Shown here piece by piece: positions 40,439 through 49,296 of a DNA stretch of 51,365 bases (the first letter of the stretch is position 1; each line of letters begins with the position of its first letter). Below the pieces are notes generated by a model, which worked only from the letters and a program-made list of their open reading frames with translations, did no database searches and had not been told where the DNA came from. This DNA comes from Eubacteriales bacterium (GTDB lineage: Bacteria > Bacillota > Clostridia > Oscillospirales > QAKW01). A program made the translations under genes and the position numbers. The DNA is taken from NCBI GenBank assembly GCA_045648705.1, contig JAZROO010000038.1, forward strand, positions 1-51,365. The letters run 5' to 3'.

Positions 40439-41692
40439 TCAGACCTGTTCTCTTTTGGGCTTGAGCAAAAGCAGTGCCGTTAGGTTGGGAAGCGCCATAC
40501 CGACGTTGAGCGCATCCGCCACCACCCATAAACGTGCGCTTTGTACAAAAGGGGTCAAAAGCAACATTGCAACATAGAAAATCCGAAATGCTGCTTCAAA
40601 TCGTTCTCCCGAAAAGTACAAAAAGCAAGATGATGCAAAAAAGTACCATCCCACAATGGTTGTGAAAGCAAAAATACATAAAAAAACCGCCAGTGCGCCT
40701 ACGCCCCATGTTCCCATTACCGTCTCAAAAGCAACCGCCATCGGTTTTGCGCTTCCCGACAATTTGAATGCTCCCGTCACCACAACGCAAAGACCGCTGA
40801 TCAGACACATCACCACCGTATCCAAAAACACACCGCACATGGCAACCAATCCTTGCTCGTGTGCATCTCCCCCTGCCGCCGCGGCGGCAATCGGTGCGCT
40901 CCCAAGACCTGCCTCATTGGAAAACACACCGCGGCTGATGCCCACCGTCATTGTTTTTAAAACACTTCCTGCCACGCCTCCCACCACTGCCTCAGGGCAA
41001 AATGCGCCTTTAACAATGGAAAGCAGTGCCGGGGGAATCTCAGTCCTGAAACTCCACAAAATGACCCCACAGCACAAAATATAACCAATGCTCACCGCAG
41101 GAATCACCCGTTCACAAAATCTTACGATTCCTTTGGCGCCACCCCAAAGTACCCAACCTGCCAACAGTGCAGTGATAACACATATCACAAAACTGCGCCA
41201 ACTGAATACGCCCGATTGCCGCCGCGCATCTAACACGCTGATTACGCTATCCATTTGCAAAGTCGTTCCGATGCTAATGCTGCCTGCCGCCGCACCGCAT
41301 AACGCAAAAACCTTGGCACCGTATTTACCCAAAACCATCTCTATATAGTAATAGGGACCACCGATATAGCCATCCCCGATTTTGCGCCTTGTTAAAACCG
41401 CTGTAAAACACTCCGCGTATTTCAGTGCCATTCCAAGCAGAGCGGCAACAATCATCCAAAACAATGCACCCGGTCCGCCCAGTGCCACTGCACCTGCCAC
41501 ACCAACGATATTTCCTGTTCCGAGTGTTGCCGCAAGAGTGGTGCACAAAGCACCAAATGACGAGATTTCCCCATTCCCCTCTTTTCCGAAAATTGCCGAA
41601 AACGATTTACCCAAATGTCTTTGCACAAAGCGAAAGCGTACCGTCATTATACCGCCCGACAACAGTATAACAACACTTAATAATCCACTCAT
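40439..41692 (-). CDS. Alanine/glycine:cation symporter (AGCS/AlsT family)
   Basis: ATLGTGNIVGVA, GGPGALFWM, GGPYYYI, RGVFSNEAGLGSAPIA, FAFTTIVGW; start MSGLL at 41692 after GAGGTGA; CATATAGT (sigma-E/K-like -10) upstream. Confidence 0.9.
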   Translation of the reverse strand: MSGLLSVVILLSGGIMTVRFRFVQRHLGKSFSAIFGKEGNGEISSFGALCTTLAATLGTGNIVGVAGAVALGGPGALFWMIVAALLGMALKYAECFTAVLTRRKIGDGYIGGPYYYIEMVLGKYGAKVFALCGAAAGSISIGTTLQMDSVISVLDARRQSGVFSWRSFVICVITALLAGWVLWGGAKGIVRFCERVIPAVSIGYILCCGVILWSFRTEIPPALLSIVKGAFCPEAVVGGVAGSVLKTMTVGISRGVFSNEAGLGSAPIAAAAAGGDAHEQGLVAMCGVFLDTVVMCLISGLCVVVTGAFKLSGSAKPMAVAFETVMGTWGVGALAVFLCIFAFTTIVGWYFFASSCFLYFSGERFEAAFRIFYVAMLLLTPFVQSARLWVVADALNVGMALPNLTALLLLKPKREQV

Positions 41693-41795
41693 CCTGTCAC
41701 CTCTGTACACTATATGATAACAACAGAGTGTTTCTTGACAAAAAGTACCTGTAAGCAGTACAATATTCTTATCAAATTCGGGAAAGATAACAACG

Positions 41796-43148
41796 ATGGA
41801 CAACATTCTTCTTGCTAAAAAAATAGCAACTGCGGTTGCGAATGCAGGCGGCAAAGTTTACTTTGTCGGTGGTTGCGTGCGCGATAAATTAATGGGCAAA
41901 GAAAGCAGTGACGTTGATATTGAGGTGCACGGCATTTATCCCGATCAGCTCGAACAAATCCTTGATACTTTCGGACGGCGCAAAGAAGTTGGTAAAAGTT
42001 TCGGCATTTATATGTTGGAGCATCATACGTTGGATATTGCCCTGCCCCGCAAAGAAACTGCCATCGGAACGCATCATCGCGATTTTAAAATTGAGGTCGA
42101 TCCGTTTATCAGCACTCGCGATGCCGCCCGTCGCAGAGATTTTACCGTTAATGCCATGATGCAAGACGTACTCACCGAGGAAATCATTGACCATTTTGAC
42201 GGCAAAAAGCATCTTTGGGAGCATCGGCTTTGCCACGTAGATGATAACACCTTTGCAGAAGACCCCTTGCGCGTCTTACGTGCGGCGCAGTTTGCGGCAA
42301 GATTTGATTTTTCTGTGGATGAAAACACCACCAATATGTGTAAAGCGATTTCGCTTGACACACTTTCTTGCGAAAGAGTGATGGAAGAACTAAAGAAGGC
42401 ATTGCTTTTTGCCCAGAAACCATCGCAGTTTTTCACGTTTTTAAGAGAATGCAATCAACTGACCGTGTGGTTTAAAGAGTTGGCTGCCCTGATCGATGTG
42501 CCGCAAAACCCAAAATATCACGCGGAAGGCGACGTTTGGAATCACACGATGATGGTGTTGGATGCGGCCGCCAAATTTCGTACGCAGGCAAAAGAACCAC
42601 TGCCCTTCATGCTATCAGCACTGTTTCACGACTTAGGTAAGGCGGTCACAACCGAAAAGATAGACGGTGTGATTCGTTCCTATAACCACGAGGAAAAAGG
42701 AATCCCCTTAGTGCAAACCGCGCTCGGACAGCTTACCGGTGAGCGTCAACTTTGCCGCTATGTTTTAAATATGGTAAAACTGCATATGCGACCGGGAGCA
42801 CTTGCGGCGCAAAATGCTTCCACGCGTGCAACCAACCGTCTTTTTGACAGTTCTGTTTGTCCGGAGGATCTATTACTGTTGGGCAAGGCAGATGATATGG
42901 GACGACTGCCGCCAAGCCAAAACGATCATGACACTTTTCTTTACCAACGCCTTTTGGCGTATCGGCATCTTATGGAGCAACCCCAAGTCTGCGGTCAAGA
43001 CCTGCTGGATGCAGGGCTTACACCCAATGAGCACTTTAAAGATCTACTTACTTATGCGCATAAATTACATCTGTCGGGCGTAGACAAATCCTCCGCTCTT
43101 GCACAGACACTTGCTTATTATAAGGAACAAAACAAGAATGACCATTGA
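41796..43148 (+). CDS. tRNA nucleotidyltransferase (CCA-adding family) with HD domain
   Basis: VGGCVRD, DVDIE, RRDFTVNAM, EDPLRVLRAAQFAARF, HAEGDVWNHT, LFHDLGK. Confidence 0.92.
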   Translation: MDNILLAKKIATAVANAGGKVYFVGGCVRDKLMGKESSDVDIEVHGIYPDQLEQILDTFGRRKEVGKSFGIYMLEHHTLDIALPRKETAIGTHHRDFKIEVDPFISTRDAARRRDFTVNAMMQDVLTEEIIDHFDGKKHLWEHRLCHVDDNTFAEDPLRVLRAAQFAARFDFSVDENTTNMCKAISLDTLSCERVMEELKKALLFAQKPSQFFTFLRECNQLTVWFKELAALIDVPQNPKYHAEGDVWNHTMMVLDAAAKFRTQAKEPLPFMLSALFHDLGKAVTTEKIDGVIRSYNHEEKGIPLVQTALGQLTGERQLCRYVLNMVKLHMRPGALAAQNASTRATNRLFDSSVCPEDLLLLGKADDMGRLPPSQNDHDTFLYQRLLAYRHLMEQPQVCGQDLLDAGLTPNEHFKDLLTYAHKLHLSGVDKSSALAQTLAYYKEQNKNDH

Positions 43149-43974
43149 TATTCACACCCACACCTTCCCCGATGCACTGGCAAGTATTGCCATTCCAAAA
43201 ATGCAAAAAGCATCTCACAGCGTTGCTTTTACCGAAGGCACGGTAGGTGCGCTTAAATCCTCGATGGCAAAGGCAGGGATCAGTCTAAGCGTTGTTTTAC
43301 CCGTGGCGACCAATCCTGCAAAAGTTTCTGCCATCAACGATATTTCCATTGCAAACAACGAGGAAAATTTACTGTATTTCGGTTGTATTCATCCCGATGC
43401 TACCGAGCCGCTTTATGAGCTTGAGCGAATTGCCAAAGCCGGAATCAAAGGCATCAAACTCCACCCTGTGTATCAAGGGGTCGACATTGACGACATCCGT
43501 TATCTTCGTATTTTAGACAAAGCAGGACAGTTGGGACTGATTGTCATAACCCATGCAGGTGATGATATTGGGTTTCCGGATCAGGTGCGTTGTTCTCCCA
43601 AAATGCTGAGAAATGCGATAAAACAGGTGGGTAACGTTACCTTGATTGCCGCTCATATGGGCGGTTGGAAAAACTGGAATGAGGTCAGAGAGCATCTTGT
43701 CGACACCGATATTTATATCGACACGGCATTTTCCCTTGGCAGTATCTGCGAGGCGGAAAAAGGATTTTATGCCCCGTCAGAGCTCAAACTGATGAGTGAT
43801 GAAGAATTTTGCAAAACCGTACGTTTATTTGGTAGTAAACGCGTTTTGTTTGGCAGTGACTCTCCTTGGACCGATCAAGCCAAAAGTTTAAACGACATCC
43901 GTTTTCTACCACTTACGGACTTAGAAAAAGAAGATATTTTTTGCGGCAATGCCCGACGGTTACTCGGCATTTGA
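43138..43974 (+). CDS. Amidohydrolase_2 family metal-dependent hydrolase
   Basis: IDIHTH, GIKLHP, THAG, AAHMGG, LFGSDSPW, GNARRLLG; overlaps the cca stop. Confidence 0.88.
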   Translation: MTIDIHTHTFPDALASIAIPKMQKASHSVAFTEGTVGALKSSMAKAGISLSVVLPVATNPAKVSAINDISIANNEENLLYFGCIHPDATEPLYELERIAKAGIKGIKLHPVYQGVDIDDIRYLRILDKAGQLGLIVITHAGDDIGFPDQVRCSPKMLRNAIKQVGNVTLIAAHMGGWKNWNEVREHLVDTDIYIDTAFSLGSICEAEKGFYAPSELKLMSDEEFCKTVRLFGSKRVLFGSDSPWTDQAKSLNDIRFLPLTDLEKEDIFCGNARRLLGI

Positions 43975-44026
43975 CAACCGCGTGTTTTTAATATAAAATA
44001 GAGTCACTACATTTAGGAGAAACACT

Positions 44027-45049
44027 ATGCGACTGAGAAAAAAGAAAAATGCATCCTCCAGATATGATGCTTGTCTTGATTGGATACTGACAAAAGAAAC
44101 CGTTCAAAGTTGGTGTGAGCATCCCCATCTTGCGCTTGAAATCGGAAGCGGCAAAGGCGGATTTATCACAAAATTGGCGGCGCAAAATCCTTCCATCCGA
44201 TACATTGCCGTTGAAAAAGAGGTAGACTGTATCGTTATGGCACTTGAAAAAGCAAAAGCCGCAAATTTAGAGAATTTGCGTTTTGTTGCCGTGGATGCCA
44301 AGGAACTCTCACTGTTCCTTCCCACCAAAAAATTCGAGACCATTTATCTTAATTTTTCAGACCCTTGGCCTAAAAAGAAATATGCCAAGCGCCGTTTGAC
44401 ACACCGCAACCTGTTGCGCCGTTTTTTGCCGTTGCTGAGTGAAACGGGTGAAATCCGTTTTAAAACAGATAATGACAAATTGTTTGCATTCTCGGTAGAA
44501 GAGTGGAAGGATTTGGAAATGGATATTTCTTTCCTCACTTACGACCTTCACAAATTGGACATCCCCAACATCATGACCGAGTATGAAACGCGCTTTTCGC
44601 AGATGGGAACGCCCATTAAATCTATGTGGGCAAAGCCTACCGCCAAAACATTTGAACTTTTGGATGCCTATACCGAACAAAAAGACGTTTTTCCCTTTCA
44701 TCAACTGATTATTGACGTTGCTGAAACCGCCGACGTCAGCGAACAAGCACTGCTTTGGAGAGCGTTGGACAACATCGGTGTCCGTATGGCAAAAACCGCT
44801 CGCACCACTGATATGGTTAGCTGCCCATTTATTAAATTTACCACTGACATCTTTGTACCAAAAGACCTTGCAAGTGAACTGGGCGGCACCGTAGAGGAAA
44901 CCGCTCTGCTTTCCGACGATGCTTCCCATCTGATCGAAGCCGCCAAAAACGGTCTTTATACCATCGCACTTGGAGAAAAGCAAGACGACGTTTTGGCAAA
45001 CGAACACTGGTACAGTTTATCCAAAGAAAACTTACATAAAAAAGACTGA
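44027..45049 (+). CDS. trmB: tRNA (guanine-N7)-methyltransferase TrmB with a C-terminal extension
   Basis: MRLRKK, LEIGSGKG, YLNFSDPWPKKKYAKRRLT, FKTDN, MTEYE; about 130 extra residues after the normal end. Confidence 0.92.
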   Translation: MRLRKKKNASSRYDACLDWILTKETVQSWCEHPHLALEIGSGKGGFITKLAAQNPSIRYIAVEKEVDCIVMALEKAKAANLENLRFVAVDAKELSLFLPTKKFETIYLNFSDPWPKKKYAKRRLTHRNLLRRFLPLLSETGEIRFKTDNDKLFAFSVEEWKDLEMDISFLTYDLHKLDIPNIMTEYETRFSQMGTPIKSMWAKPTAKTFELLDAYTEQKDVFPFHQLIIDVAETADVSEQALLWRALDNIGVRMAKTARTTDMVSCPFIKFTTDIFVPKDLASELGGTVEETALLSDDASHLIEAAKNGLYTIALGEKQDDVLANEHWYSLSKENLHKKD

Positions 45050-45072
45050 TAAAGCAAACAAACCCGAAATAT

Positions 45073-45107
45073 AAAAACTCCGCAGATAACATCTGCGGAG
45101 TTTATTT
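45073..45107. terminator. Bidirectional terminator
   Basis: AAACTCCGCAGAT-AAC-ATCTGCGGAGTTT. Confidence 0.85.
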
Positions 45108-46460
45108 TTAGTAACGAATGCGCGGCTTGAGTCGCACGATTCTGCGACGACGGCGGCGACGGTTGCGGCGAATGGTTGCAATCACGTAGATGATGAGCAA
45201 CAACAGTAAAATTCCACCGATAATCTGTGTCCAGATATTTGACACAAACTTTTTAATGCAATACAAATAATAAAGAACCGTGGAACGTGAAATATCTTCT
45301 TTAGCAAGTAATTTGGTTTTGCCATACACAATACCATCCTTGCTGATGGTAACCTCACCAATTTCATCTCCTGTACTGATGGGAGCCATCACCTGCTCGG
45401 GTACATCAAGTTTGTAGGTAAGGGTGGACAAATCAATATCATTGGGCAATACGGCTGAAAGGTTTTCTGCCGCCGTCAATACCACGTAATCCTTTTCAGC
45501 GGAAAGCTCAACCGCCACTTCGGTCTGCGGATCATTGACGTTGATAATCTGTTGCATCGAGAAATTGTCAAACGCCCAATTGTACAGATCGCGGCTGTCC
45601 CCAAAGATAGGATTGGAACTATAGCTTTCTTTATCCGCGTGCATTGCAACACACATGAAGTTTTCACCGTTTTTGGAAGCCCAGCTCACCAGATTATATC
45701 CTGCAGGAGTAGTGGTGCCGGTCTTGCCGCCACAAGCGTATTTAAAGTAATTGGAGCTGATTTGAGAAATCAAAGAATTGGTAGTGCTGACCACACGACG
45801 ATCCGACTTGTTGGTCGCAGGAATGGAACGGGCATACGTAGAAAGCAAAGTGCGGAACATGTCCACTTCCAAGCCGTATTCCATCATTTTTGCCATGTCT
45901 GCCGCAGTGGTATAATGTTGATCTGCCGTCAGTCCATGCACGTTGCTGAAATGCGTGTTCTTGGCGCCGATTGCCTTTGCTTTTTGATTCATCATTGAAA
46001 TAAAGTTTTCAATGCTGCCGCCGATATGTTCTGCCAATACATTGGCAGCGTCGTTTGCACTGGATACCGCCACAGCATACATAAGATCCGAAACTTTCAG
46101 GATCTCCCCTTCTTTCAGGCTGATACTGGTGCTACCCATAATCAAATCATCATCAAAGGTATCTCTTACTGTCACACTTGCATCCATATCCTTGCAATTT
46201 TCAAGTGCAACGATCAAAGTCATAATCTTAGTAGTAGAAGCAGGATGAATACGCTCATCTGCATTTTTTTCATAAATTACGGCACCGGTATCCAAACTCT
46301 TCAGCACCACGCTCTGCGCCGCCACCTCGGGCACGGGCTGTATAGCCACCTGCTCGCTCTCCTCAGGGGTCGCAAAACTAATCGGTGCGGCGGCAACCAA
46401 CATCAAGGCCGCCAGAATACCACATATCCATCTTTTCACCCACATCACTCCCGTTAACAT
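45108..46460 (-). CDS. D-alanyl-D-alanine carboxypeptidase (peptidase S11) with C-terminal TM anchor
   Basis: Signal peptide; PASTTK (SxxK), SAN, KTG; C-terminal TM followed by an Arg-rich tail; start may be 46445. Confidence 0.92.
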   Translation of the reverse strand: MLTGVMWVKRWICGILAALMLVAAAPISFATPEESEQVAIQPVPEVAAQSVVLKSLDTGAVIYEKNADERIHPASTTKIMTLIVALENCKDMDASVTVRDTFDDDLIMGSTSISLKEGEILKVSDLMYAVAVSSANDAANVLAEHIGGSIENFISMMNQKAKAIGAKNTHFSNVHGLTADQHYTTAADMAKMMEYGLEVDMFRTLLSTYARSIPATNKSDRRVVSTTNSLISQISSNYFKYACGGKTGTTTPAGYNLVSWASKNGENFMCVAMHADKESYSSNPIFGDSRDLYNWAFDNFSMQQIINVNDPQTEVAVELSAEKDYVVLTAAENLSAVLPNDIDLSTLTYKLDVPEQVMAPISTGDEIGEVTISKDGIVYGKTKLLAKEDISRSTVLYYLYCIKKFVSNIWTQIIGGILLLLLIIYVIATIRRNRRRRRRRIVRLKPRIRY

Positions 46461-46594
46461 ACTATATTTAGTATAACATATCCGTCAACATTTGTCTATA
46501 TCCAACTCATATAGAAAACAAAATTTATAATTTCTACACAATTTTCAAAAAACAACTTGCCAAAACTCAAAAAAAGTGTATAATAGTATAGTAT

Positions 46595-46671
46595 CGAGGT
46601 GTGGCTCAGTTTGGTAGAGCGCTGCGTTCGGGACGCAGAGGCCGCAAGTTCAAGTCTTGTCACCTCGACCA
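46595..46671 (+). tRNA. tRNA-Pro(CGG)
   Basis: CGAGGTGTGGCTCAGTTTGGTAGAGCG-CTGCG-TT-CGG-GA-CGCAG...GTTCAAG...CACCTCGACCA; TTGCCA/TATAAT promoter at 46557-46584. Confidence 0.96.
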
Positions 46672-46674
46672 ATA

Positions 46675-46702
46675 AAAAAAGTACCCTACGGGGTACTTTT
46701 TT
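46675..46702 (+). terminator. Terminator after tRNA-Pro
   Basis: AAAAAAGTACCC-TACG-GGGTACTTTTTT. Confidence 0.88.
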
Positions 46703-47036
46703 TATTGCTTCGAAATAATTGGAACTTGCGGCCTCTTTGTCACTCCCGATATGAACATTCTATTTTATGCGCATTAAAGTTTAGGGCAGGATTATCCTGC
46801 TCTTTTTTGTTATTTCGAAAAGGCTTTGGGCATATACAAAACCGCCTGCATCCTTGGCTCAATGGCGCGAGAAGTCGCTTTTTGGAATTTCGATATATCC
46901 TACAAATTGGTAGAATATCAAATTACGTTGAGTTTTGAAGAACTCTTTGAATTGACTTGGAAAATACACTTTTCAGAGGTCAAGGATACATTTTTAGTGG
47001 CTGCAAATTAGGTGCTAAGGCTTAAAAAACAATTTA

Positions 47037-47279
47037 TTACTTAAGTTCTTGTTCAAGTTTTTTATATTCAGGTGTATCAAAAAACTCCATTACAGTAATC
47101 TCCAACCCATCACAAATCTTTTTAAGGGTTACGATACCCGGATTTTTACTCTCACCATTTAAAATGCTTTTGATTGTTGCTTGCGGTATTCCGCACATAT
47201 AACTAAGCGCATTCGGTGTGATTTTACGCTCACGGCAGAGCTCATAAATTCTATTCACTGTAAATTCGCAAATACCCAT
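47037..47279 (-). CDS. XRE-family helix-turn-helix regulator
   Basis: RIYELCRERKITPNALSYMCGIPQATIKSILNGESKNPGIVTLKKICDGLEITVMEFF; divergent from the SPFH operon; start MGICE at 47279. Confidence 0.9.
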   Translation of the reverse strand: MGICEFTVNRIYELCRERKITPNALSYMCGIPQATIKSILNGESKNPGIVTLKKICDGLEITVMEFFDTPEYKKLEQELK

Positions 47280-47312
47280 ACATATCACCCACATTTTTAG
47301 TCTTTCTATATA

Positions 47313-47412
47313 TAGATGATATATCACTACAAAGGGCTATGTTAGTTATTTATCACTAATTGCAATTGACAACTTATGTCGAAAGATGTATAATTAGTGA
47401 TATATAACTAAC
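47313..47412. promoter_or_regulatory. sigma-A promoter flanked by three palindromic operators (consensus TAGTGATATATCACTA)
   Basis: TTGACA (47366)-17 nt-TATAAT (47389); sites AGATGATATATCACTA (47314-47329), TAGTTATTTATCACTA (47343-47358), TAGTGATATATAACTA (47395-47410). Confidence 0.8.
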
Positions 47413-47439
47413 TTATAGTTACGTCACGGAGGAATCTCT

Positions 47440-48612
47440 ATGTCAAAAATAGCTGACATAATAAAACATGAAGGCGATAATGCCACTTTTGTTTGGAAAC
47501 ATCCCTGTGAGGATTTTAATAGCTTGACTCAACTTGTCGTTCACGAAAGCCAAGAAGCCATTTTCTTTATGAACGGCCAAGCACTTGACCTTTTTGGTCC
47601 GGGCCGTTATACACTTGAAACACAAAACATTCCGTTACTTAGAAAATTTATTAATATTCCAACGGGCGGCGAAACCCCATTCCATTGTGAAGTGTACTTT
47701 ATTAACAAAACTGAGCAGATGGCTATTAAGTGGGGCACCGATTCAAAAGTTCAGTATGTAGAACCAACATACAAATTCCCGTTATCCATCGGTGCTTCCG
47801 GTGAGATGGCACTCAGCGTGGAAGATTCCCGCAAATTGCTTATAAGACTTGTGGGTACCGAGCGTATTCTTGATAGAAATCAACTCACTACATTCTTCCG
47901 TGCTTTTTTGATGACAAGGGTCAAAACATATATGGCGCAAGAAATGAAGGCAAGCGCCATCAACATTTTTGAGATTGATGAAAATCTTGAGATTTTTTCA
48001 AAAGGCATCCACTCTCGGTTAATTGATGATTTTAAGGAATATGGTGTTACTTTAAACCGATTCTTCGTCACCAATATTGTAAAGCCTGATGGTGATAGAC
48101 AGTATGAAAAATTTAAAGAACTTCACTTCCGACAATATGCGGATATTGCAGAAGCAAAGTTAAAACAACAAACCGATGTGATTTATGCTCAAACCGAAGC
48201 TCAAAAAACCGTTATTGAATCACAGGCTTTAGCACAAAAACGCGCTACTGAAGGATATACATATCAACAAGAGCGCGGATTCGATGTTGCAGAACAAGCC
48301 GCTCAAAACGAAGGTGTCGGAGAGTTTACCAATATGGGAATTGGCCTTGGTGTAATGTCCAGTATTGGAGGAACTGTTGGTGGAATGGTTGGCGGTGCTG
48401 TAAACAATGCTTTTGCAGGAATTGAAGCTAATCCGCAAACAGTTGGTAATGCATTTTGTGATAATTGTGGTGCAAAACTGACACCTGGTGCCGCCTTTTG
48501 TGACGAATGCGGAACACCTCAAGCATCACCTGATACTTGTAGCAAATGCGGTTTTAAGTTTATTAAACCCGGTAAGTTCTGTCCGAAATGCGGCAGTAAA
48601 AGGGAGGGTTGA
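47440..48612 (+). CDS. SPFH/band-7 (YdjI-like) protein with C-terminal zinc ribbons
   Basis: VWKHP...TQLVVHESQEAIFFMNG..DLFGPGRYTLETQNIP..GGETPFHCEVYFIN...IKWGT; Gly-rich linker; four CxxC pairs (CDNCG, CDECG, CSKCG, CPKCG). Confidence 0.88.
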   Translation: MSKIADIIKHEGDNATFVWKHPCEDFNSLTQLVVHESQEAIFFMNGQALDLFGPGRYTLETQNIPLLRKFINIPTGGETPFHCEVYFINKTEQMAIKWGTDSKVQYVEPTYKFPLSIGASGEMALSVEDSRKLLIRLVGTERILDRNQLTTFFRAFLMTRVKTYMAQEMKASAINIFEIDENLEIFSKGIHSRLIDDFKEYGVTLNRFFVTNIVKPDGDRQYEKFKELHFRQYADIAEAKLKQQTDVIYAQTEAQKTVIESQALAQKRATEGYTYQQERGFDVAEQAAQNEGVGEFTNMGIGLGVMSSIGGTVGGMVGGAVNNAFAGIEANPQTVGNAFCDNCGAKLTPGAAFCDECGTPQASPDTCSKCGFKFIKPGKFCPKCGSKREG

Positions 48613-48615
48613 TAA

Positions 48616-49284
48616 ATGAAGAAAAACAAAGGTTTAGCATATGCGGCTTTACTGATAACATTTATTATTTTCAACGTAATTGCTTTTGTAGCGCCTACTG
48701 CAAAAACGTCAACCTTTTGGATCGCTTATGCATTTAGTTTTATTGCTTTTGCTTTGCAAATTGTCGTTTGGAATATTGCTTTTAGAGGGACAAAAACACT
48801 AAAAAGTAAATTTCTTGGCATTTCTCTTATTGCAGTCGGAACTATTTATTTCACAGTTCAAATTGCTGCTTTTGCAGTATTTATGTTTTTCCCGACAATA
48901 GCAAATTGGATTGCCATCGTAGTGTGTTCGCTGATTCTTGGAATTTCTTTGATTTGTCTAATTGGAACTGAAGTGGCTAGAGACGAGATTGCTCGTGTTG
49001 AATCTAAAGTAGAAAAGAAAGTCTTTTATATAAAATCGCTTCAAGTTGATGCAGAAATATTGGCAAATACAGAAACCGATCCTAATATAAAAGCGGCACT
49101 CATAAAATTGGCCGAAGCAATTCGTTTTAGCGATCCAATGAGTAATGAAGCTCTTGCGGATCTGGAAAAGGAAATCTCGGATAAGTTCGCCGAACTCAAA
49201 ACCGCAGAAAATAAAGTGGAAATTATTAAAGTCCTTGATTTGCTCATCATCGAGCGTAACAAAAAAGCAAAATTTTTAAAATAA
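48616..49284 (+). CDS. Hypothetical membrane protein (4 TM plus helical C-terminal domain)
   Basis: Four hydrophobic segments followed by LAEAIRFSDPMSNEAL..LE.EI...ERN; RBS GGGAGG. Confidence 0.8.
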   Translation: MKKNKGLAYAALLITFIIFNVIAFVAPTAKTSTFWIAYAFSFIAFALQIVVWNIAFRGTKTLKSKFLGISLIAVGTIYFTVQIAAFAVFMFFPTIANWIAIVVCSLILGISLICLIGTEVARDEIARVESKVEKKVFYIKSLQVDAEILANTETDPNIKAALIKLAEAIRFSDPMSNEALADLEKEISDKFAELKTAENKVEIIKVLDLLIIERNKKAKFLK

Positions 49285-49296
49285 AGGAGAATCATT

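Noticed and set aside
41693-41854. N-terminal extension of the AGCS ORF to 41854
   Set aside because: It would overlap the divergent cca gene and promoter; the RBS supports a start at 41692.
45125-45175. Poly-Arg CGN repeat at the dacA C-terminus
   Set aside because: Positive-inside stop-transfer tail after the TM anchor; not a tandem-repeat locus.
46826-47011. 61-aa ORF between tRNA-Pro and the XRE gene
   Set aside because: TTG start, no RBS and no recognisable motif; possibly a remnant but unsupported.
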